Notes under the pieces: model-generated
What the model was told of the DNA's origin: nothing
Seen by the model: only the letters and a program-made list of their open reading frames with translations
Database searches by the model: none
Made by a program: the position numbers and the translations under genes
Assembly: GCA_049472335.1 (NCBI GenBank)
Contig: JBLIRO010000022.1
Coordinates: forward strand, 1-64,000
Direction: 5' to 3'
DNA: 64,000 nt
From: a bacterium
GTDB taxonomy: Bacteria > SZUA-182 > DTGQ01 > JAFGSM01
Part shown: piece after piece, positions 21,714 through 31,500 of the stretch
Layout: each line of letters begins with the position of its first letter
Numbering within the stretch: the first letter of the stretch is position 1

Positions 21714-22784
21714 ATGTTTCATAAATTAAACCAGTTAGAACAAAGATATGAGGAACTGAATAAACTGCTGAGCAATCCAAAGGTGATTTCAGATCCGGCG
21801 AAGTTTAAGGAATATGCAAAATCACAGGCTGAGTTGGAAAAAATAGTCATGAATTATCACAAATATAAAGAGGTGGAAAAGTCTATTGAAGAAGCGAAGC
21901 ATATCATTCGTCAGGAGTCGGAAGATCATGAGTTACGGGAGCTTGCAAAAATGGAAATGGAAGAGCTTGAACAGAAAAAAAAGGACCTTGAGAATGAATT
22001 AAAGCTGCTTCTTTTGCCAAAGGATCCAAATGATGAAAAGAATATCATTCTTGAGATAAGGGCCGGAACAGGCGGTGAAGAAGCCGCCCTGTTTGCGGCA
22101 GACCTTGCCAGGATGTATACTAGATATGCTGAAAGAAAAAGATGGAAAACCGAGATGATCAGCTCCCATCCCGTAGGAGTGGGGGGATTTAAGGAGATTA
22201 TTCTCGGAATACAGGGTGAAAAGGTTTATAGCTATCTAAAGTATGAGATGGGTGTGCATAGGGTTCAGAGAGTACCTGTGACTGAGTCGGCCGGCCGCAT
22301 TCATACCTCTGCTGTTACAGTCGCAGTCTTGCCTGAGGCGGAAGAGGTTGACATTGAAATAAAGCCCGATGATATCCGGATAGATATATTCAGATCCACG
22401 GGGCATGGGGGCCAGAGCGTAAATACTACGGATTCGGCAGTTAGAATTACTCATCTCCCTACTGGTCTTGTTGTAAGCTGTCAGGATGAAAAATCTCAAC
22501 ATAAGAATAAGGCCAAGGCATTAAGGGTGCTGAGGGCCCGTCTGCTTAAAAAATACGAGGATGAACAACATGAACAAATTGCCAAGGACCGCAGGTCTCA
22601 GGTAGGGACTGGTGACAGGAGCGAAAAAATCCGTACTTATAATTTCCCTCAGAGCCGTATTACGGATCACAGGATAGGATTGACCCTATATAAGCTTGAT
22701 AGTATTTTATCTGGAGAATTGAACGAATTGATAGAATCCTTGATAACTCATTTTAAAACAGAAGAGTTAAAAAAGGTCGCTTAA
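21714..22784 (+). CDS. prfA: Peptide chain release factor 1
   Basis: PVT anticodon motif, GGQ, RTYNFPQ. Confidence 0.97.
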   Translation: MFHKLNQLEQRYEELNKLLSNPKVISDPAKFKEYAKSQAELEKIVMNYHKYKEVEKSIEEAKHIIRQESEDHELRELAKMEMEELEQKKKDLENELKLLLLPKDPNDEKNIILEIRAGTGGEEAALFAADLARMYTRYAERKRWKTEMISSHPVGVGGFKEIILGIQGEKVYSYLKYEMGVHRVQRVPVTESAGRIHTSAVTVAVLPEAEEVDIEIKPDDIRIDIFRSTGHGGQSVNTTDSAVRITHLPTGLVVSCQDEKSQHKNKAKALRVLRARLLKKYEDEQHEQIAKDRRSQVGTGDRSEKIRTYNFPQSRITDHRIGLTLYKLDSILSGELNELIESLITHFKTEELKKVA

Positions 22785-22785
22785 A

Positions 22786-23643
22786 ATGAACAATACGTGG
22801 ACCGTAAAAAGCCTTTTGGAATGGACAGCCCCGTATTTTAAGGATTTAGGACTGGATAGGGCAAGATTTGATTCTGAGATGCTTCTTGCATCGTCTCTCG
22901 GGGTGGATCGTCTCTGGCTTTATACACATTATGATCGACCCTTAACAGGCCAGGAACTGGATGTGTTTCGCTCAGCGGTTATAAGGCGGTCAAAAAGGGA
23001 GCCTTTGCAATATATTTTAGGTTGTTGGGGATTCTGGAGTTTGGATTTTATTGTTTTGCCAGGTGTGCTGATTCCAAGGCAGGAAACAGAACACCTTGTG
23101 GAATGTACCCTTAAATTTGCCGGATCTGCTGACAAAATATTCGATTTGTGTACAGGCAGCGGAAACATAGTAATAAGTTTGGCCAAGGAATTACCTTCCG
23201 CTTCCTTTTGTGCTTCGGATATCTCTGCCCAGGCTGTCAAGCTTGCTGAGGAAAATGCAATCAGGCACGGTGTACAGCAGCGTATAAGTTTTTTGTGCGG
23301 GAATCTATTTGAGTCTGCAAAAGGTCAGGAAAAAAATTTTGATCTGATCGTCTGTAATCCGCCCTATATCCCTTCAGACCAAATAAAAAAACTTCAACCT
23401 GAAATAAAAGATTTTGAGCCAAGACTTGCGGTAGACGGTGGCAAAGATGGGCTTTCTTTCTATAGGCGCTTGATACCTGAGGCTGCCTTCTTTTTAAAAT
23501 CATCGGGAGCTCTCATTATGGAGATTGGTGAAAACCAGGCAATGCCGGTTAAGGATATTATGAAGGATTGCGGTTATCAGGAAATAATCGTTTTTAAAGA
23601 TTATGGAGGAATGGACAGGGTCATGGCCGGAAGGTTCCCCTAG
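22786..23643 (+). CDS. prmC: Release factor glutamine methyltransferase
   Basis: LIPRQETE, DLCTGSG and NPPY motifs; follows prfA. Confidence 0.95.
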   Translation: MNNTWTVKSLLEWTAPYFKDLGLDRARFDSEMLLASSLGVDRLWLYTHYDRPLTGQELDVFRSAVIRRSKREPLQYILGCWGFWSLDFIVLPGVLIPRQETEHLVECTLKFAGSADKIFDLCTGSGNIVISLAKELPSASFCASDISAQAVKLAEENAIRHGVQQRISFLCGNLFESAKGQEKNFDLIVCNPPYIPSDQIKKLQPEIKDFEPRLAVDGGKDGLSFYRRLIPEAAFFLKSSGALIMEIGENQAMPVKDIMKDCGYQEIIVFKDYGGMDRVMAGRFP

Positions 23644-23711
23644 GTTTAAGAATTTAGTAATATTTATAAAGACAAAACAGTTTCAAAGAAATTAAAAGAA
23701 GGGGCAATAAA

Positions 23712-24980
23712 CTGGAAAGGATCGTTATTAGCGGGGGGATACCTCTTTACGGTGAAGTCTTGATAAGCGGAGCAAAAAATGCCGCTTTGCCTGTCCTGGT
23801 TTCCACTCTCCTGACTTCTGGAGAATCCACTATTACCAATATCCCTAAGCTTCAGGATGTGGCTACAATATCAAAAATATTGAAGCTTCTTGGGATTGAA
23901 ATAGTTTATAAGGATAAGGATTCTGCCTTACTTGACACATCCAGAATTTCCCCGTGCCGGGTACCTTATGAGCTGGTTAAAACCATGAGGGCATCTGTCC
24001 TCGTTTTAGGCCCTCTTGTGGCCCGATTCGGGACGGCGGAGGTCTCTCTTCCTGGGGGGTGTGCCATTGGAGCAAGACCCATTAATCTTCATCTCAAGGG
24101 ATTAAAAAAGCTGGGTGTTAGCATCGAATTGACTAGGGGATATGTCAAGGCAAAATGCAAAAAATTACACGGCGGGCATATCGTTCTGGACTTCCCAACC
24201 GTCACGGGCACGGAAAATCTGATGATGGCTGCGGCCCTGATAGAGGATGAAACTATTATTGACAACGCTGCAAGAGAGCCGGAGGTATCGGATCTGGCTG
24301 AAGTTATAAAAAAAATGGGAGCTTCCATAGAAGGCGCCGGGACGGATCGAATAATCATTTATGGGAATAGCTCTCTTAAACCTTTTTCTCACAGGATTAT
24401 CTCAGATAGGATAGAAGCGGGAACTTTTATGGTAGCAACAGCCATAACGGGCGGCAAGGTGCTTATCAAGAATTGTCCTTCCGAAATTTTTACATCCGTA
24501 AGCGAGAAGCTCCAGGAGGCAGGGGTTGCTATTACTACTCTCTCCTTTGAAGTTACCGAGGTTGAGCGAAAAGACGGAGAGAAAATCCTCCCTCTGGATA
24601 TAAACACGGCCCCTTTCCCGGGCTTTCCAACGGATATGCAGGCCCAGTTTATGGCCTTGCTTTCACTCGCAAAAGGGATTAGCCTTATTAGAGAAACAGT
24701 GTTTGAGAATCGTTTCATGCATGTCCAGGAATTGATGAGAATGGGTGCTGATATAGAAGTAGATGGCCATACTGCTGTTATTAAGGGGGTTGACTATTTG
24801 GATGGTGCCCCGGTAATGGCCACGGACTTAAGGGCCAGCGCGTGTCTTATATTAGCAGGGCTGGCTGCTAGAGGGGAGACCGTTGTGTCTAGAATTTATC
24901 ATCTGGATCGAGGCTATGAGAGAATTGAGGAAAAGTTTAGCAAGCTAGGCGCGACAATCAGGAGGGATCGGGAAATATGA
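23712..24980 (+). CDS. murA: UDP-N-acetylglucosamine 1-carboxyvinyltransferase (probable CTG start at 23712)
   Basis: [19 protein letters not shown] and [10 protein letters not shown] motifs; in-frame upstream [16 protein letters not shown] matches the usual MurA N-terminus. Confidence 0.95.
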   Translation: MERIVISGGIPLYGEVLISGAKNAALPVLVSTLLTSGESTITNIPKLQDVATISKILKLLGIEIVYKDKDSALLDTSRISPCRVPYELVKTMRASVLVLGPLVARFGTAEVSLPGGCAIGARPINLHLKGLKKLGVSIELTRGYVKAKCKKLHGGHIVLDFPTVTGTENLMMAAALIEDETIIDNAAREPEVSDLAEVIKKMGASIEGAGTDRIIIYGNSSLKPFSHRIISDRIEAGTFMVATAITGGKVLIKNCPSEIFTSVSEKLQEAGVAITTLSFEVTEVERKDGEKILPLDINTAPFPGFPTDMQAQFMALLSLAKGISLIRETVFENRFMHVQELMRMGADIEVDGHTAVIKGVDYLDGAPVMATDLRASACLILAGLAARGETVVSRIYHLDRGYERIEEKFSKLGATIRRDREI

Positions 24981-26275
24981 GAGTCCTAAGGGTGGATGAT
25001 CCAGGATTCAAACAGGCAATTGAGGAATTTAAACAAAGGTCGTCTGTGGATGATGAAACAATGGAGGCCGGTGTCAAGGAGGTTATTAATAATGTGCGGC
25101 ATAAGGGCGATAAGGCACTCCTGAATTACACTGAAAGGTTTGACGGGGTATGCCTTGATAATAAAGACCTGGCTGTTAGCAGAGCAGAGATAGAGAATGC
25201 CTATCGGAGGATTTCCGGTGAAGGGGTCAATGCCATCAAATTTGCCATAGATAAAATAACTGCCTACCATAGCAGGCAACGGAGAAATACATGGATTCAG
25301 CCTGGACCTGAAGGTGAAATACTCGGGCAGATGATCACTCCTCTTAAGAGAGTGGGTATTTATGTGCCTGGAGGAAAGGCGCCTTATCCATCATCTGTGC
25401 TCATGTGTGCAATCCCAGCTAAAATTGCGGGTGTTGATGAAATATATTGCGTTTCTCCGCCACAGTCAAATAAAGGATTAAATCCTTATATACTTGTTGC
25501 CGCCGATATGGTAGGAGTGGAAAAAATATTTAAAATAGGAGGTGTACAGGCCGTGGCTGCCCTTGCATTTGGAACGGAGACTATTCCAAAAGTGGATAAG
25601 ATAGTGGGGCCGGGCAATATCTATGTTACCATGGCCAAAAAACTTGTGTTTGGACATGTGAATATTGACATGTTGGCAGGACCGAGCGAGATTCTGATCG
25701 TGGCCGATGAAACAGCGCCTCCACAATTTGTTGCAGCGGACCTCTTGTCTCAGGCAGAACATGATGAGCGGGCGTCTTCCATTCTGATTACTGATTCTTC
25801 ACTCCTCATCGATGCTGTAAACAAAGAGATCGAAACTCAGATGAATTCTCTGGAACGAAAGGAAACTTGCCGTTTGTCATTGAGCAATTACGGGCTTATA
25901 ATTCTTGTAAATGATATGGATCAGGCCATTGATCTTGCAAATCAGATAGGACCTGAACATCTTGAGCTGGCCCTGAAAGATCCTTTACCCTGGCTGGGAA
26001 AAGTGAGAAATGCCGGCTCCGTCTTCATGGGTTACTTTACACCGGAACCCATCGGAGATTATATTGCAGGGCCTAATCATGTTTTGCCGACAGGCGGAAC
26101 AGCGAGATTCTTTTCTGCCCTCGGTGTGGATGATTTTATAAAGCGATCGGGGGTTAGTTTTTACTCACAGAAGTGCCTGAAAGAAATGGGTGAGAAAGCG
26201 GTCGTTTTGGCCAGGATCGAAGGCCTTGATGCTCATGCCAGATCGATCGAATATCGTTTAAAATTCATGGTTTAA
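24977..26275 (+). CDS. hisD: Histidinol dehydrogenase
   Basis: YVPGG, GPGN, AGPSE, QAEHD, PEHL and GPNHVLPT motifs. Confidence 0.96.
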   Translation: MRVLRVDDPGFKQAIEEFKQRSSVDDETMEAGVKEVINNVRHKGDKALLNYTERFDGVCLDNKDLAVSRAEIENAYRRISGEGVNAIKFAIDKITAYHSRQRRNTWIQPGPEGEILGQMITPLKRVGIYVPGGKAPYPSSVLMCAIPAKIAGVDEIYCVSPPQSNKGLNPYILVAADMVGVEKIFKIGGVQAVAALAFGTETIPKVDKIVGPGNIYVTMAKKLVFGHVNIDMLAGPSEILIVADETAPPQFVAADLLSQAEHDERASSILITDSSLLIDAVNKEIETQMNSLERKETCRLSLSNYGLIILVNDMDQAIDLANQIGPEHLELALKDPLPWLGKVRNAGSVFMGYFTPEPIGDYIAGPNHVLPTGGTARFFSALGVDDFIKRSGVSFYSQKCLKEMGEKAVVLARIEGLDAHARSIEYRLKFMV

Positions 26276-26293
26276 AAAAAATAGTAAAACCAA

Positions 26294-26322
26294 TTGACAA
26301 GATATATTTTAGTTGATATAAT
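26294..26322 (+). promoter_or_regulatory. Perfect-consensus sigma70 promoter
   Basis: TTGACA-17 bp-TATAAT with TG extended -10. Confidence 0.7.
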
Positions 26323-26628
26323 TTGGATATAATTACGTATAATAGGCTGTTTAATAATTTTTCAAAATCAAGAAAACTGGGTAGTATATACTCGCCCAAA
26401 AGCATCCCAATGGTTGTTCAATTTTTTATCGTATACGGTTCCTCTTATCCTAAATTATGAAAAGAGATTCATGATAATTGTGTAGCTTGATGCATATTTA
26501 TTGATTTTATTTTTATGCCGCAGTATTACATAAATAAATTGAATAGCCTTATGGATTAAAAGCTTATAATAATAACGGTTTTTGTTTAGAGTAAAAACGG
26601 ATGAAGTATTATCGTAAAATGAAACATT

Positions 26629-26643
26629 TGGCATCGATTTTGC
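26629..26643 (+). promoter_or_regulatory. Sigma54 promoter for the surface-protein pair
   Basis: TGGCATCGATTTTGC(T), exact spacing. Confidence 0.75.
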
Positions 26644-26911
26644 TTCCATATTTTTATGTAAATCTATATACTAAGGGGGAATTATATTTGTTTATGAATT
26701 TAATATAAAATATTAAACATCCTTTGCTGTTTTTTATTATGAATTTCCTTGTCTTTGGTTATAATTTCATTTTTTATTTTTTTTATATTATTTGATAGGC
26801 AAATAAAGGAGTAAGAAATTTCCTACGTAAGCCGTCAATTTCGAATAGCTGATATCGGCTTTGTTTGAAATTGTTGACAAGTTTTTTTTGAATGAAAGGA
26901 GGCACCATCCA

Positions 26912-28363
26912 ATGAAACGTCCTGCAGGATGGGAAAAAAGATTATTAATCACCCTTTTTATTACACTTTCTCTTTCTATTATTTTTATGACTCAAACCCC
27001 CGCCATGGCTTTCAATCCCGAGATAGTCGATGTAACCACAAAGGCCTTTAGTGTTGTATGGACAACAGGGGGAACTTATACAAGCTGTGATATAGTCCTT
27101 TATACAGGTAGTAATTATGGGACCATAATGAACTTGGATCCCTCTCAGAAAATTATCGAAACGGCTGCCGGTATGCTTGGCGAAGCCGGAAAACAATATG
27201 GAATTGCCAAAGTAACCGTAGTGGGACTCAATGTCAATACTAAATACTACTTCAGATTAAAACAAAACGGTAGTTTCCTTTCTGGCAACTATAACGTAAC
27301 AACAGCAAATCTAAGGGGAATTAGCTCAGCCGACCCAAACAACACCGACCTGGTGAGCAATGATATCGTCCATAAGGCCGTATATAAATCCAATGGCACA
27401 AGCCCTGCCACAGGCGCCTTGGTCCTGGCATATATATACGATTATATTGTAGATCCCCAGTCAGCACCAAACAATACCAAGAGCTATTACCCCATCTCGG
27501 CCTGGGTAGGGGAAGGAATGATCGGCGGCGGAAGCAGTACCTATAATCCCAATGATATCTCTTATAAACAATATGCAGCCCTCAACATGAATAACCTTTT
27601 TGAAAAAACTACACACTATCCCTTATCCTTAAAGGGTGACAATCCTGACACAACAACCACCAATGAGTCAGAGAAAATCAAATTTGTCATCGTGCACGGA
27701 ACCCAAGCCATACTCGGTGGTACAACAGATACCGCTACCTCCTATGGCCGTGTACAATATGTAGAGAAATCTGGTGGAGAGAAGATCACAACGGCCAAGG
27801 TCCTGGAAGGTTTCAATTTTAAAGTGGGACTAAATTCTTTTACATTTCCTTTTAAGCCCCTTAACCCGATAAAAGCGAAGGACCTTTGGCTACAGATAGA
27901 AGCCACAGGAGGGACTGTTAATAAGATTTATGTGTTTAAGACAAACTGGGTGCCTGTTATAAAAGTAACACCAACATATTTCATTAACGGTGATATAACT
28001 ATCGGGGAAGGGGAGGCTTCCGTGATAGTTATGGATAAGGCTATGAACGCAAATCAAGAACTAACCTTTTATGGTAACCCCTTATCCAGGGTTGTACAGC
28101 TTAAAAACGGCGTTAATATTTTTTCGATACCTCAATGTCCAGCCTATTATCAAACCAAGAATCTATGGCTTGATTTAGAGGCCTTGGATGGGATTTCTAA
28201 GGTAATGTATGTTTATACCTTTTTAAATCAATGGTCGCCTACAATAAAAGTTTCACCAACCTATTTTGTTAATTCACTGGATATGATTAGCTCAAGGATT
28301 TATGCTGTAATACTTGAACTTGATTCAGGTGTGGCTAGCGTGAATTGGGAACCTTTCCCTTGA
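26912..28363 (+). CDS. Secreted protein with an N-terminal FN3-like domain and a duplicated C-terminal module
   Basis: SD AGGAGG before ATG 26912; signal peptide ending AMA; FSVVW...GL...TKYYF; two about 90-aa repeats (K.LWL..EA...W.P.IKV.PTYF.N). Confidence 0.75.
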   Translation: MKRPAGWEKRLLITLFITLSLSIIFMTQTPAMAFNPEIVDVTTKAFSVVWTTGGTYTSCDIVLYTGSNYGTIMNLDPSQKIIETAAGMLGEAGKQYGIAKVTVVGLNVNTKYYFRLKQNGSFLSGNYNVTTANLRGISSADPNNTDLVSNDIVHKAVYKSNGTSPATGALVLAYIYDYIVDPQSAPNNTKSYYPISAWVGEGMIGGGSSTYNPNDISYKQYAALNMNNLFEKTTHYPLSLKGDNPDTTTTNESEKIKFVIVHGTQAILGGTTDTATSYGRVQYVEKSGGEKITTAKVLEGFNFKVGLNSFTFPFKPLNPIKAKDLWLQIEATGGTVNKIYVFKTNWVPVIKVTPTYFINGDITIGEGEASVIVMDKAMNANQELTFYGNPLSRVVQLKNGVNIFSIPQCPAYYQTKNLWLDLEALDGISKVMYVYTFLNQWSPTIKVSPTYFVNSLDMISSRIYAVILELDSGVASVNWEPFP

Positions 28364-28563
28364 TGATTATTAACAAAAAATATAATATATATAATATAAT
28401 ATATTTATGAGATTTATAAGATATATGAGCTTATAAGATATGTTAAAAATTAAAAACGATAAAGGTGTGGGTGGAAATTCTTATATGAAAAAATATAATT
28501 TAATTACTCAAGATTTGCAAGATTTTTATAATTTTATGGAATCCTGTGAAAGGAGGATTTAGA

Positions 28564-31500
28564 ATGCCTATTCAAATGTATTTCAAGGCAAAAAGATTTA
28601 ACTTTTCAGTTGGTTTAAAAATCTTTTGGACACTTTTACTGATGGCTCTTCTATGTTTTTCATCTGCAGCCTTCGCCGGAATCCCTATAGGTGGAAAAGC
28701 CGGTATAGATGTATACAACGTAGGAGTGGGAAGCTTTAGTGTCGTCTGGCAGGTTGATGTTGACAGTAACTGTTCAGTAAGGCTTTTCTCTGATATAAAT
28801 GGAAATACCCCTGTCGCTGCGGGAAGTTATACCGTTCATTCCGGAGAGACACCGTCACAGCAGTTGGGATTGACCCGGGGTGTTATGCAGGTGGATGTGA
28901 AAGGCCTTCCTCCTGCTGTAACCACATATTATATCCAGACGGTTTCTACGCATGGAACTGAAGAATCTCTTTTCCCTGCTTTCGGGGATTTGATTCCTGT
29001 GGAAACAGAGCCCGCCACTACTGCATTTCCGGCATTTAATAACTTATTATATTTACTTTTGTACGATGAAAATGGAATAAATCCTTCTGATTATCAAGAA
29101 AATAGGATTATGGACGGGGTTGTAACCATCGTTTATGCAAAAACGGCAGATGGAACGGAAACGGCGAATTATCCTATCGCACCTTTTAATACCACTAACG
29201 CACCCGGCACGGATAATGGTTTTCCACAAAGCAGCAGTGAGAGCAGAATCGAATTATTACTTGGAGACTTTAAAAAAGGTAAAGCAGAGGCAGGTAACTA
29301 TTGGCAGTGGACTACAGATAAGAATTATACCTTAACGATTAAATCCTATGGAGGGGCCGTTCCTGATGTTGGGCTAGGGCAGAGCATTATAACAACTACC
29401 TACCAGGGAAGCTGGACATCGCTTGGCGCCACGGTGGGTTGTCTGCCTAATACTGATGGTTGTACCGAGGTAATCGGCTTGAATTTCTCTCAGATCGTCT
29501 TACGCCCGAATCAGGGCCCTGTCGTTCCTGCGATTCCCGATCAGAATGTCAATAAAGGCAGCCCCCTGACCGTAAATTTTTGTGCCTCTGATCCTGAAGG
29601 GGATGCAGTGGTCGGTTTTGCCCTGATTAAGAGTCCAACAGGGATGGTTCTTACCCCTGATCCTGCAGATGCCAATTGCGCCACTATCACATGGACGCCA
29701 TCGGCTTGCGATGTTGTTCAGAATGTTCAGTTTACAGTAACGGATGATCAGGGAAGCGCCAGTACGACATCCTTCAATGTAAACATTAAGAGATGTCCTC
29801 CATACAAACCGGGAGGTTCGATAACACCTCCAACACCTGTAACCAGTCAAAATTTGACATGTACCGCTGTTTCCAATGGTGATCCCGACGGTGAAACAAT
29901 AAACTTTAAATATGCATGGTATGATGTTGCGGCCCCAGGCACCATCCTTTCAACTACTAGCATGTTGAATTCTCCAGCAACGATAAAAAATAAGGCATAT
30001 GCCTGCAGGGTTATAGCGTACGATTCCGATGGAGATTCGGAGCCGTTTATAGCCGGTCCTGTAACCGTGCTAAACTCACCCCCGACTACACCCGGCAGCG
30101 CTGTGGTTACACCTGCTGCGCCGACAACAGAAGAATCCCTTACATGCACGATTTCAGCGTCAACCGATCCGGACAATGATACAGTCCAGTATATATATGT
30201 ATGGAGTTGTGGTGCTTGCGGTGAACCCACGGTTCAACATGGGCCTAAGTCCGGTTTGACAGATACCTTAGATAGTGGCAATACGTCCAGAGGTCAGAAC
30301 TGGAAATGTGACGTACGGGCTACGGATGGTACTGCAGAGAGTACGGCAAAATCAAGCAATAGTGTGAGTATTGCCAATTTGCCTCCTTCAGATCCGGGTG
30401 GCATTCAAATCACACCTGCTTCTAATGTGAAAACAGGGAATGCCCTTACATGTACTATAGGTACAACTTCTACCGACCCGGATGGAGATGAGGTTGAGTA
30501 TGTATTTACCTGGAATTGCAGTGGCGACGGATGTGGGACACAAACCTCAATTGAACGTACTCCTAAAGCGGGTATATCCGATATTTTGGCCAGTAATGAT
30601 ACTGCCAAAGATCAGACATGGTCGTGCTCGGTATTTGCGAAAGATAAAATTGGAGAGGGAGCGAAAAGCGCTACCATCCAGTCGGGAAATTCAGTTGTGG
30701 TGGAAAACTCTCCGCCTGTTGGTCTTACAGTTAATATAACCCCTGATCCCACCTATGTGAATGACAATTTGACCTGCACCTCAAGCGGGGTCACTGACGG
30801 GGATGGAGATGCCATTTCGTATAAATATGTATGGAAGAAGGACGGAGCCGTAGTGGCTGCCCTGACGAAGGATTTCACTTCGGGTAAAACAACGGATACC
30901 GTACAGGCGGTTAACACCAGCCAGGGTGAAACATGGGCTTGCGAGGTGACAGCCAAAGACACCAGCGATGAAGAGGTTGGCCCAATTTCAGACCAGGTAT
31001 TCATCGATAACCAGCCTCCTGTCATAACCACGGTTCCCACCGCTGATCCTCACATATGGGATGAAGAGCAGACTTATACAATCGAGGTCCTGGTGAGTGA
31101 TCCGGACGGGAATGAATTCACATTGGAGATAGATACCAATTATATTCACCCGGATGATCCCAATGTGAGTGAATGGTTGGAATTCGACTCCGTTAATAAT
31201 ATCCTGACCGCCACCCCGCCCTTTGGCAGCTCAGCGTTTGATTTCGGCGATGGCAGCGGTATCCTTAAGATCAACTTCATCGTTGAAGAAACGGACGGCA
31301 CTCCGAATAAAAGGGTGGAAAAGCTTGTCAATGTGTTGATACGCTTTCCGGCAGTAACTATAGATGACTTCGAGTATACTGCAGCCAAACCTACTTTGGC
31401 GGACAACGGCTGGTATAGATTGCAGGGCACCGGAAGCATGGCATTGAAGCAGGAAGATCCCAACGATCCGAACTCCAATCATTATCTCAAGACCAGTGTT

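Noticed and set aside
28380..28445. Short direct repeat ATGAG..TTATAAGATAT between the surface-protein genes
   Set aside because: Very AT-rich and only two imperfect copies; cannot be distinguished from slippage noise
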